Made by a program: the position numbers and the translations under genes. Shown here in pieces: positions 1 through 11,430 of a stretch of 64,000 nt of DNA. Location of the stretch: NCBI GenBank assembly GCA_963809485.1, contig CAWEJX010000012.1, forward strand, positions 32,001 through 96,000. Direction: 5' to 3'. The notes under the pieces are model-generated. The model searched no databases, was not told where the DNA came from, and saw only the letters and a program-made list of their open reading frames with translations. This DNA comes from an uncultured Acidobacteriota bacterium. GTDB taxonomy: Bacteria > Acidobacteriota > UBA6911. Numbering within the stretch: position 1 is the stretch's first letter; each line of letters begins with the position of its first letter.

Positions 1-5
1 ATTCG

Positions 6-299
6 ATGCTCAAATCGCATTATCTCAGTCGGCTTCAGGTAATCGAATGGCTTGCTGAAAGCCTGTTTCCCGGCAAAAACGTTGAGGTAATAGTATCTTC
101 CAGGATCCCGCTTGACGCACCCATCCTGGATACGGTCATAGAAACGGATACTCTAAGTCTGATGGCTGTCGAAACAACCTATTTCTACAGGCTATCGATA
201 AGTGCTATCAGCGCGGAAGACATAGATCAGCTGGACCAGGTCGGACTGACCGACGGTGCCACGTATATCAACATAATATTTGCAGGTACGGAGCCCTAG
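6..299 (+). CDS. Hypothetical protein (possibly 5'-truncated by the window edge)
   Basis: 97-aa ORF with protein-like composition; no family recognised. Confidence 0.3.
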   Translation: MLKSHYLSRLQVIEWLAESLFPGKNVEVIVSSRIPLDAPILDTVIETDTLSLMAVETTYFYRLSISAISAEDIDQLDQVGLTDGATYINIIFAGTEP

Positions 300-765
300 G
301 AGGCTTGCCAGGCCGCAAAGATCCAGCGCATGCCTCCCGCTCTCCCGCATTCTAAGCCTTTTCTGGGAAAGTCCTGGAGATGCTGCAGCCCGATGTCACA
401 GCCCGGAGCATCAGGTTTGGAAAAGAAGATAAGCAATGGTCTAACGATGGATCAAGGGATATTTCAGGGCAAGGCCCTTTGCGGAGAAAGATTTGTACAG
501 ATGAATGGCACCTTGTTGTTTTTGTTGGCCACTTTGCCGGAAATTAATGGAAACGCCGATATGTCTTAAGAGTGCATCGAAGGACTTTATCAAGAAATAG
601 CCAGCCTGGCATTCGTGGGATGAAAATAGCCAGCCTTTGTATTGTCTTTCGCAATTGCAGTGATGTATGCGCCGAGCGCGGCATCCGAGGGGCTGGGGGG
701 ATAGAGTCTCTATCTATGACTTCTTTGCATTTTGCAAAGAAGTTTTTCTTCCCTTTTAGGATCAC

Positions 766-979
766 AGAATTGCTGGGATATGATCCACTTCTGGAGCCGG
801 AATCCCTCCCGGAAAGATTGAAAACGTACCGTTTACGGCTTGGCCTGTTGCAGAGGAAATTGGCAATCAAAATAGGAATCGATCCAGGGACGATCGGGGG
901 ATGGGAGCAAGGGAAGAAAAAGCCGATGAAGCACTATCGAAAAATCCTGGACCAGCACTTAAATGCTAGAATCCAATAG
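766..979 (+). pseudogene. XRE-family helix-turn-helix fragment
   Basis: LPERLKTYRLRLGLLQRKLAIKIGIDPGTIGGWEQGKKKP is a typical HTH_3 pattern; the upstream part of ORF 572..979 does not look homologous. Confidence 0.55.
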
Positions 980-1539
980 CTTCGCAGATGTTGGCAAGGA
1001 AGAAATTTTTGGGCTGGAAGCCGATAGCCTAACTCCAGCAAACAGAAGCCGTATTCCTCTTCACATAGTCACAGAACCCACGTATTTCATCAATTGTTCC
1101 TTTCTGCTCATCCTATGGACGAATCATCAATATATCAGCGAACAGGTTGGCGCGGACATAAGCTTCCGGCGAGAGCGCGTGGCAGAAGCGGGCAAATTGA
1201 ACTCCGCAAAAGAGCATTGTCGGCATCCAAGGAATGTGTGTGAACTTGGCTGAAAACAACAACTGCAAGTAAGGCACGCTGGCTATGAAATATCCTCGTG
1301 CATCGGATTGCATTGGAATCCAAATACGGACACCATAGCCAATCTCTGTGTCATAAATTGTCAATTACACGAAAATGGTGTGGCTTCTTAGAGGCTATCC
1401 AATTCTACAACAACAGCTACCAACAATAAACTCTAGCGCAGATGTTCTTCCCATGAATCCCTTTATGACATTTTCGGTGGGCATTTTCAGCTTATTTGCG
1501 TTTCTTAATAATGTGAAGCAATTGTCAGGAGGAAAAGCT

Positions 1540-1944
1540 ATGTCGACCGCGGCCAACAGGAGATCATGCCCCAGATTTCGGGTGCCTGGTGCAACGCTTT
1601 CTTACAGGGACGAGACATGTGAGGTGGTGAGCCTGAGTAGAGGCGGACTGGCCTTTTTGAGAAACGATCGCCTCAGACCTGGACAAAAGTTATCCGTCCT
1701 TCTCACTTTCTCTCCAAACCATGCTCCAATCCAGCTGCACGGGAAATCGATCTACTACATACAGAATCCCAACGAGGGCAATTGCTTTACTATCGGCATT
1801 AGTTTTGCACCCTTTTCAAAACGCCCGGGCCACAATTCTCCAGAATCCCTCAGGATTCTCAGACAACTGGAGCGTGCAAACAACCAACAAAGGGCGCATT
1901 CAATTCATCGGACCAGTCCCTCAATTCCCGCAGCCAATTCATGA
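1540..1944 (+). CDS. PilZ-domain protein (c-di-GMP receptor-like)
   Basis: RRSCPRFR (RxxxR) and SLSRGG (DxSxxG-like) motifs; AGGAGG RBS before ATG 1540. Confidence 0.7.
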   Translation: MSTAANRRSCPRFRVPGATLSYRDETCEVVSLSRGGLAFLRNDRLRPGQKLSVLLTFSPNHAPIQLHGKSIYYIQNPNEGNCFTIGISFAPFSKRPGHNSPESLRILRQLERANNQQRAHSIHRTSPSIPAANS

Positions 1945-2050
1945 GTTTATCTGGCAAGCTCAGAAATGTCTCAATGCGGGATTTGACATTTTGGGTGCAC
2001 TTGTAAAGCAGGCTGCATTTTTCAAACGACGGATTAGGGAAACAGCAACC

Positions 2051-2353
2051 GTGCAGAGGCAATCCAATACGACCGTATCCGGTACACCCTTCGGCACAGA
2101 AACCATCGAGGCAATTTGGAATAAAGCCAGGAGAGATGGACGCTTTGCTTACTATAGAAAAGACTGTTGCGGTGCAACGATCCATAAATACGACTATGGC
2201 AAGATTTCACCATTTGGCTGGGAGATCGATCACATTAAACCGGTTGCAAAAGGGGGGACTGACGATTCGAGTAATCTGCAGCCACTCCACTGGGAAAACA
2301 ATCGCCATAAGGATGATAATTGGCCTCAATGGGACTGTAAAAAAAATTGGTAG
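2051..2353 (+). CDS. Small HNH endonuclease
   Basis: GWEIDHIKPVAKGGTDDSSNLQPLHWENNRHK HNH motif; GTG start after AGGGA. Confidence 0.8.
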   Translation: MQRQSNTTVSGTPFGTETIEAIWNKARRDGRFAYYRKDCCGATIHKYDYGKISPFGWEIDHIKPVAKGGTDDSSNLQPLHWENNRHKDDNWPQWDCKKNW

Positions 2354-2544
2354 AGGCGCTTCGTAACCCCAAAAGAAGCTACGCCAATAGCTTTAGAAAC
2401 AAGCTGCCCTCCTGTCGTGGGGGCTTCCCTCGGCAACCAGCAATAATACTCTCCTAACATGAATATCTATTTGACACCCGCCAGGAGTACCCAATTGTGA
2501 TGCTCGTAAGTTCATAGGCATGCGATGTGATTACCAGGTCCCCA

Positions 2545-3420
2545 GGTCTCCGCGCTAAATGGCCTCGACACTACACCGTCGATCATGAGCTTTAGATAAA
2601 AGCTGTAGTTTGGCTAGTTGGTCAGATCTACTGCTCTAAACTCCGGCTGAAATTCTCTCTCCAAAATCTCCGCATCCTCCGAACCTACCCGAAAGGAGAT
2701 GATGGTTCCTGCATTGCCTAATATGGCGTCTCGGATCTGCGGATCAATTTGGGAGAGGTATTGATGACTGAGGATAAGCCCTATCCCGTACTTCCTAAGC
2801 TCCGAAAGCATGGTGGCGAGGTCGAGCGTCGTGAAGTTTTGAAACTCATCCAAATAAAGATAAGAATCCCGGCATTCTGCCTCCGGCACTGCGGTCCGGC
2901 TCAACGCCGCCAGGGCGATCTTTGATACCAGCATGGCACCGAGGAGCGCGGCATTATCTTCCATGATCTTGCCTTTGGCCAGATTGACGAGCAGCATCTT
3001 TCCCTGATCCATCACCTGGCGCAAGTCGAATGTGCTTTGGGCTTGCGTCAGAATATTTCGCAGCGCGGGATTGGCCAAAAAGGCGCCGACCTTGTTTTGA
3101 ATGGGTGCAATGGCTTCAGCTCGAAACTGTTTGGGATAGCCCTCATATCCGCAGCCAAAATTGCCGCACTTGGGCATTAGCGACACCGCAGGCAACCTGC
3201 TTTCGGAAGGCGGCATTATCTAAAAGCCGCAGGACATCAGCTAGAGTCGCCTCATGCCGATCCAGCAATGCCAAGAACGCATTGCGTATGATGTGCTCTA
3301 GCCAAGGTCCCCAGGAGTCGGCCCAGATCTTTTTGAACACTTCCAGTGATTCGGATGCGGCCAGGGGTCTTTTGGCTGGAAGCACGGTTTCCAGGGGATT
3401 AAAGCCTAGAGCATCCCGGG
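2545..3420 (-). pseudogene. Decayed VirD4/TraG-like type IV coupling protein
   Basis: Fragments in different frames: FNPLE...KKIWADSWGP, LLVNLAKG, YLYLDEFQNF (Walker B), LSELRKYG, LGNAGTIISFRVG; internal stop and no N-terminus. Confidence 0.75.
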
Positions 3421-4125
3421 CAAGATGGTCAGCATCGCTGGATTAAACACCAAGTGGGGCCGAATGCTTTTCATCAACATTGAGGCCAATGGCGATGCTC
3501 TGAAGCTCTTTGGCAGCCAGAAACAACTGGGTGATGCCATTATCGCCGCCGGGTATCCGCAACTAGCCAGCCACATCGACGAGAGGGTGGAATTATACAT
3601 CCCGTGCCGGATTACCACCAAGCAGAGTGAGGACGGCAGGCATCTCAATGTTGATCAGGTCTTTCCCTTCAATGGCGGTAATGGCGAGCGGAGGATGCGA
3701 TCATGACTAACCACACTCCATATCTCTCGCTTTCCCGAGTGAGCCGCTACCTGCACTGATCCGAGCAGTATCGTCGGTACTACGTAGAAAACCTCAACCC
3801 CCGAACTCCATCGGATATCCGTCCCTCCTCCGCGCATATGAGGTGGATTCCTTTTCTGCCAACGAATACACCGTCTCCTCGGGCGAACCTCATCCTGTCC
3901 AACCTTCGGCCGGCTCTTCGGCTGCTTTCCAAAGCTTTGGATTCGGGATTTTTCTGTAAAAATGCGAGCGGATATAGAAATTCGCCAAAGCCCAGACAGA
4001 ATTGGAAACTCAAACCCTTTTCGAGCGGGGCTCTTATTGCCGGCCCACACGGCCAATCCGGTATGCCCGGCCACATGGATTTTTGCCATTGCGGCCGCAA
4101 ATGAACGTTTGAAGGTTTCGGCGTT

Positions 4126-5058
4126 TCACGGGGACACGAAACCTGTTTCAATTCGATTGCGCCCCTTTTGCTTTGCCGCATATAGGCAGGCGTCCGCGCA
4201 CTCGATCAACCGGCTGCTTGACAGCGAGTCGGATGGAATTGTTGTCCCTGCCCCTATACTCAAAGTGACATGGCCGGCGGCCTCAGAAAATGCATGCGGA
4301 ATATTCGCGTTCTTCACTCGCTCCTGAAGCCGTTTCGCAACCAGCAGGACGCCTTGCGCGTCCGTTTCCGGGAGAAGCAGCGCAAACTCCTCTCCGCCAT
4401 AGCGAGCCGGGAGATCCGCTGACCGATACCCGATCCCTCTCAGAATCCAGGCTATGCGCTGCAGGCATTCGTCGCCGGCCAGATGTCCGTAGTGATCGTT
4501 ATACGCTTTGAAGAAATCAATATCCATCATCAGCAGGGAAATCGGGACTAGAGCGCGCCTGGCTCTTCTCCACTCATCTTCGAGGGATTCATTGAACTTG
4601 CGCCGGTTAGCGATCCCCGTCAGGCCGTCGAGAGTCGACAGTTCCTTCAGAATATCCCTGTAGCGTTTGAGTACAAGCTGATTGCGGACCCTGGCTCGAA
4701 CGATGGAAGGCCGGATGGGTTTGGTAATGTAGTCAATGCCTCCGGTGGTTAAACCTCTTGATTCCTCTTCCTCATTATCCATGGCCGTTACGAAAATCAC
4801 CGGGATATCGCGTGTGGCGGCGTTTGATTTCAACCTGGCGCACACTTCATATCCGTCCATATCGGGCATGACCACATCCAAAAGAATAACGTCCGGAAGT
4901 TCGACAGCAGCCAACTCAATCGCATCCTTTCCACTGGTGGCAAAAAGAATTTCGTATTCATTGCCAAGCACGCCATCGAGAACCTCGACATTGGTCGCCA
5001 CGTCATCCACAATCAACACGGTTTGCATTTTGCTTTTCATGTCATTATCGCTGATCAT
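4126..5058 (-). CDS. Response regulator diguanylate cyclase (REC-GGEEF)
   Basis: LIVDD...LLDVVMP receiver domain; DGLTGIANRR, DIDFFKAYNDHYGH, RYGGEEF. Confidence 0.95.
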   Translation of the reverse strand: MISDNDMKSKMQTVLIVDDVATNVEVLDGVLGNEYEILFATSGKDAIELAAVELPDVILLDVVMPDMDGYEVCARLKSNAATRDIPVIFVTAMDNEEEESRGLTTGGIDYITKPIRPSIVRARVRNQLVLKRYRDILKELSTLDGLTGIANRRKFNESLEDEWRRARRALVPISLLMMDIDFFKAYNDHYGHLAGDECLQRIAWILRGIGYRSADLPARYGGEEFALLLPETDAQGVLLVAKRLQERVKNANIPHAFSEAAGHVTLSIGAGTTIPSDSLSSSRLIECADACLYAAKQKGRNRIETGFVSP

Positions 5059-8000
5059 TGCAGCCCGGCCCTCACTTTAGCGGCGATCTCTTCCAGGACT
5101 CTCCTGGCCATCCTAAAATCAAAACAACTCATGTGCTCCTCAAACCGGCCGATGGGTTCGCCCAGTTTCGCCGTGTCGATCGTCTCCTTTAAAGCCGCCC
5201 ATTTCCCGCGGGCGCGCATGCTGTTTTTCTGCAACAGGGAGAGAAGTTCCAGAATCATGTCTTCAACCATTTCACTATCGCCGGGGGAGACGGCCGGCGC
5301 CGGATGCGGAGCGGTATTCGCCTGCGCCGCCTGCGGGCTCAAACCCTCGGCGATAACGCGAAATGCATTTTCCAGCCTGTCGAGTTCCTCCGCAATTGCG
5401 GCGGAACGCGGTTGTTGCAGCAGGATGTCCAGGCGCTCCGCAATCGAGAAAATGGTGCCGGCGGAAAGATTACCGGCGACGCCTTTTAGAGTGTGGACCG
5501 CACGGCTGGCCGAGACAACATCTCCTCGGTCCAGCAACCGTCGAATTCGCACGGGATCGTTGGAATGACTCGAGACAAAATCATTCACCACCTTCTTTAG
5601 CAACGCGCGGTTTCCCATCAACCTGACCATCGCCGCTTTCATATCGATTCCCGGGATGTCATCCTCTGCATCCGCCTCGCGAGCCTCGGGCCGCAAGGTT
5701 CCGGCGCCGATTGAAGGGGCCGTCGCGCCCGCCGGTTTTGGCTGGATCCATTTTATAAGCTCATCCCTCAGAGCATCCGGCTCTATCGGTTTGGTGACAA
5801 CGCCGTTCATCCCCGCCTGCAGGCAGCGCTGCCTTTCGGACTGGAGCGCATGCGCGGTCATGGCCAGGATGGGGAGGGTTTCCTTGCCGGTGTTTGCACG
5901 GATTCTGATGGTTGCGGCGAAGCCGTCCATCACCGGCATTTGCAGATCCATCAGAACGGCATGGAACCGTGCTCCGCCCTGATCGATCCTGTCGACGGCC
6001 AATTGACCGTTGGCTGCTATTTCGACCGTAGCCCCGAAATTCTCCAGAAGCTCGCGCGCCACCTGCTGGTTGATTTCATTATCTTCAACGACGAGCAGAT
6101 GAGCCCCGGCCAGAGTCTTTCCTGCCTCCGTCCGGCGCGGCTCCATCGTCCCTTCCTGTGTCTCCTCGCGGCCGAAGGCTTCCGCAAGCGCATCAAACAA
6201 CATGGAAGAGTTAACCGGTTTTACCAGGAAGGCGTCGAGTCCCATCTGCCGGGCTTGAAGCATGGCTTCCTCGCGGCCGAAAGCCGTGATCATAAAGATC
6301 TTTGGAGGGCGTGGAACACGCATGTTGTTTCTGATCCGCCGGGCCGTCTCGAAGCCGTCCAGGTCCGGCATTCTCCAGTCCAGGACGACAAGATCCAGGG
6401 CGTTGTCCTCCTGTTCCAGGGCCTGCAATACGGCACGGCCTGACTCCACGGCCGTCACGTCACAGGACAGATCGCGGAGCATCTGCAGCATCACCTCCCG
6501 GTCGTGAGAGTTGTCGTCCGCTACCAGCACCTTCAGTCGGCGTTTGTGCAGAAGGTCCCTTTTTGCAGCCAGGGGGATTTCAGTCTGCAGGCCTGCGGCG
6601 ATGGTAAAAGTGAAGGTGCTGCCTTTCCCGGGGAGGCTTTCCACGCCGATATGGCCGCCCATTCGTTCCAACAGCTGCTTGCTGATGATGAGTCCAAGCC
6701 CGGTCCCGCCGTGTTTTCGGGTAATCGAGCTGTCGGCCTGGGCAAAAGGCTGGAAAAGCTTCTGCCGCTGCTCCTCCGTCATCCCGATCCCCGTATCGCG
6801 CACAGAAAAACGCAGTATGGCATTTTCCGCATCTTTGGAATCCAGGCTGGTGGACACAACGATCTCTCCGGTCTGGGTGAACTTCAGTGAATTACCGATC
6901 AGGTTTGTCAGTATTTGTCCTATTCGCAGCGGATCCCCCCGCAGGTCTTGAGGGACATTCCCATCCGTCTCGAACCGGATCTTGAGCCCCTTCTCCTCGG
7001 CCCTCTGGAAAAAGATATTGGCAATGTTGTTCAACATCTGGCTCAGCTTAAAAGGGATCGTCTCGATTTCCAGCTTGCCGGCTTCAATTTTTGAGATATC
7101 GAGAATGTCGTTGATGATTCTCATCAACGTATTTGCCGAGGATTGAATCTTGACAAGATAGTCCTGCTGCTTGGGGGGCAGGCTGCCTTTCGCTGCCAGG
7201 TGGCTCAGGCCGATAATGGCGTTCATGGGAGTTCTTATCTCATGGCTCATGTGCGCCAGAAATTCGCTTTTGGCTTCGGTCGCGGCTTCAGCGGCCGCCT
7301 TGGCTTTGTGCAAGGCAATCTGCATCTCCCTTTTTTCCGTGATGTCCGTGGTGATGACAATATACTGCTGTCCCCCGATCGAATTTTGGGATATCGCCGA
7401 CAAAGAAACCCAGAAAACGCTGCCATCCTTGCGTTTGGCTTCTATCTCAATGGCCTTTCCTCTGTGTCCCTCGCCGATGAATCGAAGCAGCCGATTCCTG
7501 TCGTCCGGATTTCTGAAAAGGTCGCGGACCGAATGCGACCTCATATCTTCTTCCGAATCATAGCCGTACATGTCGACCAGTGTCCTGTTCACATCCAGGA
7601 TGCGTCCGTCCGGAGTCGACATGGAGATGCCCACGGGAGCGTTCTCGATCAGGGCGCGGAATCTGGCTTCGGAAGCCGTCAGGGATTCCTCCGCCTTTTT
7701 GCGCTCCGTAATGTCCACGATATTTCCGAGCGTAGTCTTCCTGCCCTGAAACAAGATCGGGCTGACAGTTTCGAGCACCCAGCGGGTTTCGCCGGTCTTT
7801 CTTTGAATACGGAATTCATAGGAATACATCTCTCCCAGATTTCCGTTCTTAAGCATATGGATGGCGCTGGTTCGGACGAAATCCCTGTCATCGGCAAAGA
7901 CATAACTCAGCGTGTCGCCGCCGATCAATTCGGTTGAATCGTAGCCGGTGATTTCCTCGAATTTGGGATTGACATAAATAAACTTGCCGTTCTGAATCAG

Positions 8001-8078
8001 GTATATTCCGGTCAACGACTTGTTGGCCAGCGTTTCGAATAGATATTGCGAATCTTTTGGCGTCCTGCCCCTTTTCAT
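5055..8078 (-). CDS. Hybrid sensor histidine kinase (PAS-PAS-HisKA-HATPase-REC-REC-Hpt)
   Basis: FLAHMSHEIRTPMNA H-box, DTGIG and GTGLGL boxes, two receiver domains, HTLKGVAGNL Hpt; stop overlaps the start of the cyclase gene. Confidence 0.95.
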   Translation of the reverse strand: MKRGRTPKDSQYLFETLANKSLTGIYLIQNGKFIYVNPKFEEITGYDSTELIGGDTLSYVFADDRDFVRTSAIHMLKNGNLGEMYSYEFRIQRKTGETRWVLETVSPILFQGRKTTLGNIVDITERKKAEESLTASEARFRALIENAPVGISMSTPDGRILDVNRTLVDMYGYDSEEDMRSHSVRDLFRNPDDRNRLLRFIGEGHRGKAIEIEAKRKDGSVFWVSLSAISQNSIGGQQYIVITTDITEKREMQIALHKAKAAAEAATEAKSEFLAHMSHEIRTPMNAIIGLSHLAAKGSLPPKQQDYLVKIQSSANTLMRIINDILDISKIEAGKLEIETIPFKLSQMLNNIANIFFQRAEEKGLKIRFETDGNVPQDLRGDPLRIGQILTNLIGNSLKFTQTGEIVVSTSLDSKDAENAILRFSVRDTGIGMTEEQRQKLFQPFAQADSSITRKHGGTGLGLIISKQLLERMGGHIGVESLPGKGSTFTFTIAAGLQTEIPLAAKRDLLHKRRLKVLVADDNSHDREVMLQMLRDLSCDVTAVESGRAVLQALEQEDNALDLVVLDWRMPDLDGFETARRIRNNMRVPRPPKIFMITAFGREEAMLQARQMGLDAFLVKPVNSSMLFDALAEAFGREETQEGTMEPRRTEAGKTLAGAHLLVVEDNEINQQVARELLENFGATVEIAANGQLAVDRIDQGGARFHAVLMDLQMPVMDGFAATIRIRANTGKETLPILAMTAHALQSERQRCLQAGMNGVVTKPIEPDALRDELIKWIQPKPAGATAPSIGAGTLRPEAREADAEDDIPGIDMKAAMVRLMGNRALLKKVVNDFVSSHSNDPVRIRRLLDRGDVVSASRAVHTLKGVAGNLSAGTIFSIAERLDILLQQPRSAAIAEELDRLENAFRVIAEGLSPQAAQANTAPHPAPAVSPGDSEMVEDMILELLSLLQKNSMRARGKWAALKETIDTAKLGEPIGRFEEHMSCFDFRMARRVLEEIAAKVRAGLQ

Positions 8079-8716
8079 ACGGGTGCTCCCGAAGCTTTGT
8101 CATCATCAAGCACGATGCACCTCCCGTACCGAGGCTGTGCCGGCGCAACAACCCGCATAAGTGCTTTTGGGCAGGCTCGGATTCCTTTTGTGCGATGTGC
8201 TATATCTAAAAACGCAAATTGGGGGAATCTGCCTACTGAATATCCAAAATTTATTGGAGGGAAAGGCGCTTAGGGGACTGCATCGACAAAATATTGTCAG
8301 GCTGCAATGCCCAAATCGGTAAAAAGCCGTTGCATGTCTATACAAAGAGTTCTGTAGTGCTCGTCAATCGAGCTCCAGTTTCTTGGTTTTCTGCCCATCC
8401 TGGGTTTTCGCTGCATTTTGACCGACTAAATAGAGTATCAATGGGGTTTTTGCGGGCTTTTCGGGATTCTTTTTATAGCTCCTATCACTGCTACTGAATT
8501 CAAAAACTGAAGTAAGTATTGGACCATTTTTCTACTCTCATGAGTGTGGGCAAGTCTCTTTAACACGCGGTGCTTCAGAAAAGTATGGCAACTGATGCCA
8601 CCGTAGCACTGTGTGCCACGATAGCGCCTGTATCTACGGCAGCATTCTGCGCCATGGCGCCACATTCTATCGAGACAGCCTTCTATTTCACTTTTATCAT
8701 TGTCCGGAGCCAAACC

Positions 8717-9042
8717 ATGAAAGCGGAAGAGATTCTTTTGCCAGATCCGATTGAAATCCCGGCCGAAATCATTGCATCGGTTATTACTCGCCTTTCCAGT
8801 CTTCAAACGGCATTGGCGGCGCGACTAATCCAAATGCCGACAAGCTCGAGTCGGCAAGATTCCACGCCGGAGCATGAAGATGAACTCCTGACGGCTGCAG
8901 ATGCGGCAAAGCTGCTTAACGTAAGCGAGGATTGGATCTATCGCCGAGCAGGCCGATTGCCGTTTGTGCGGCGGCTGTCAAAAGAACTCTGAGAATCAGC
9001 AAGGCCGGTCTGATGAAATGGCATGCCGCAAGAGTGGGATGA
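8717..9042 (+). CDS. Excisionase-like helix-turn-helix protein (one base apparently missing in the A-run near 8980)
   Basis: LLTAADAAKLLNVSEDWIYRR HTH_17 motif directly upstream of the integrase; continues as RTLRISKAGLMKW in another frame. Confidence 0.75.
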
Positions 9043-9057
9043 TTAAGGACAGAACAA

Positions 9058-10266
9058 ATGAGTGAACGGGGAATGGGCCGTATTTATCAGCCCATGTATA
9101 AAAACAAACGTGGCAAATGGCAACGCAGTGCAATCTGGTGGATTGCTTATTATCACAATGGGTACGAATTGCGTGAATCCTCCGGATCAAAGAATAGGGG
9201 TGATGCACGCAGGCTTCTCAGGGACAAACTGGCCGCATCGACAACGGGTACCCTAATCACGGGACATGCACAGCGGCTTCAATTTAGTGATCTTGTAGAC
9301 AAGCTATATCTGGATTATCGACGTAACAGCAGGCGATCGATCGATCGTGTTGAGGATGCGGTCTCACACTTGGAGTATTACTTCAGTGAATTCCGAGCCA
9401 GCGATATCTCGGATGAAGCCATAGAACAATATGTGGATCAGAGGCTGGATGTCCATAGTGCTGCGGTTACCACCGTTAAATACGAGCTTGCCTTGCTCAA
9501 GCGCATGTTCGCTCTCTCATGCAAACCCCTTCCTGTTCGCCCCGATTTCCCATGTCTCCGTCTCAATAATGTCCGAAAGGGATTTTTTGAAGATTCGGAG
9601 TTTTTCAAACTGAAGGAACAAATTGATATGGATTTACGGCCGGTAATGGAATTTGCCTATCTCACCGGATGGAGAATCAAAAGCGAAATTCCTCCATTGA
9701 GGTGGGGAGTGAATGTGGACTTTGTAGCTGGTGAAGTTCGATTAGAGCCGGGAACGACCCAAAATGGTGATGGAAGGGTGTTTCCCTTTCATGTGCTACC
9801 CGAGCTTGCTGATATGTTGGAGCGACAAAGATCCCACACTCGCGCTCTCGAGATTGATACGCACAAGACTATCCCCTGGGTGTTTCATCGACAAGGGAAC
9901 AGGATAAAGGACTTTCGTGTAGCGTGGCGCAAAGCTGTTATAGCAGCGGAAATTCCAGAAAAAATTCCGCATGATTTCCGCCGCACAGCTGTGCGGAATC
10001 TCGAACGGGCCGGCGTGCCCCGATCAGTAGCGATGAAACTGGTCGGGCACAAAACCGAAAGCGTTTACAGACGGTACGCGATTGTGGCAAAACAGGACTT
10101 GATTGACGGCTTGAAACGACTTGCCGAACATCGCACAATGGCAAAGACAGAATCAAAAATTCAAGAGGATGTCGGTGGCTCGGTGCCGAAAAATTCACTT
10201 ACCGTGAACTACAGCGAATTAGCGCGAAAATGGCGGAAATTGAGGGGGGGGGGAAACCAAAACTAA
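9058..10266 (+). CDS. Tyrosine recombinase/integrase
   Basis: TGWR, PHDFRRT, LVGH and YRRY catalytic motifs; adjacent to a tRNA fragment. Confidence 0.93.
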   Translation: MSERGMGRIYQPMYKNKRGKWQRSAIWWIAYYHNGYELRESSGSKNRGDARRLLRDKLAASTTGTLITGHAQRLQFSDLVDKLYLDYRRNSRRSIDRVEDAVSHLEYYFSEFRASDISDEAIEQYVDQRLDVHSAAVTTVKYELALLKRMFALSCKPLPVRPDFPCLRLNNVRKGFFEDSEFFKLKEQIDMDLRPVMEFAYLTGWRIKSEIPPLRWGVNVDFVAGEVRLEPGTTQNGDGRVFPFHVLPELADMLERQRSHTRALEIDTHKTIPWVFHRQGNRIKDFRVAWRKAVIAAEIPEKIPHDFRRTAVRNLERAGVPRSVAMKLVGHKTESVYRRYAIVAKQDLIDGLKRLAEHRTMAKTESKIQEDVGGSVPKNSLTVNYSELARKWRKLRGGGNQN

Positions 10267-10468
10267 ACTGTTGATAGGCCGCAATAAGCCGCAGTTGTCG
10301 CAAAATTCCGATATTTTGAAAAGGACTGAAAATCCTGGGCTGCGCAAGGAGCGCGCGGATTCAATTCCCGCCTTCTCTTCAAATGAAATGCCATGAAACC
10401 ACGCGCAATAACCTGATCGGGCCGCGTTTCCCAAGTCGGCGCTTTTGTGGCGGGTGAAGGGGGGAGCT

Positions 10469-10490
10469 GTGCCAAAAACCGTGCCAGAAA
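10469..10490. repeat. Candidate integrase arm-type sites
   Basis: Direct repeats GTGCCAAAAA / GTGCCAGAAA between int and the tRNA fragment; similar GTGCCGAAAA at ~10183. Confidence 0.45.
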
Positions 10491-10601
10491 TTAACCATTT
10501 GAGGGGATTTCAGTTAGAGGGTGTTCCGCGAGGACCCACCGAACCCGCTGAAATTGAATTGTTTACGGATTAGTCGCGGATTGGTCCGGCGGAATCTGCG
10601 C

Positions 10602-10643
<42 letters not shown>

Positions 10644-10660
10644 TCCTGAAATGCGGCAAT

Positions 10661-10689
10661 ACTATAGCTGTTTCTGAAACACTCCGCAA
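10661..10689 (-). promoter_or_regulatory. Sigma70-type promoter of the tRNA
   Basis: TTGCGG-17 nt-TATAGT followed by a GC-rich discriminator, ~20 nt upstream of the tRNA 5' end. Confidence 0.6.
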
Positions 10690-11430
10690 TGACCGATTTT
10701 AGCCCGGTTTGGCCCTAAGCCCGGCCCGGCAATTCCCATGCCTCATCCTACGGCTTTCTTCTCCTGCCTGCGAGCGGCATGCCCGCTCCCAGTCTGTCGA
10801 GCCATTGCCTGCACCGGTGATCCCCGAGAGTATTTTGCACTATGCTCCTCCGATACCGATACCGAGTTATGACCCGGCGCAGACTGGAGGAAATGTAGAT
10901 CGCCGCCGCACTCCGCAGCCTCAATCGCGAATGCCGGCCGCAGATCCCGGATCCGCAACCAGGGATAGCCGGCTGCTTTCCATGATACTCGACAGCCATA
11001 CCTGTAATTGCAGCAGGATCAAGATGTTTGATACGGTTGTTGGGAACAGCTTTACCTTATTGCAAAAAACGCGCTATGATTCTAATCCTAAGCCGCGTCA
11101 CCGGCGGACGGCCCTGGCGGTATTTTCATGCTCCGCGGCGATAAGTGTTTCCATGTCTGTCATCCTTTCCGTCAGGCTGGTTCAAACGTTCCGCGACCCA
11201 ATCAGTGGGACGTTCTCCCAGGTCTATACGGGAAACGCTTGCATGGGGCCCGTGATGAACGCCGTTAAAATGCAGCGAGGCTAGGGAGCGGCTGCACATT
11301 TTTGCAGGAGTGTTAGCGCGAAAATAATTCGGCCTGATATATGTTCGCAACACTATCCATACTGATGGTAATACCTGCCACGCTTTCCCTGGCGGGTTTC
11401 AGGAATGTCAGACAATTTGAATAACGGGAG

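Noticed and set aside
3425-4100. Short overlapping ORFs inside the element
   Set aside because: No recognisable motifs or convincing RBS; left unannotated
10500-10601. Intron or alternative 3' half completing the tRNA-Arg
   Set aside because: No T arm plus CGGGCGC acceptor strand found downstream, and no recognisable group I intron core
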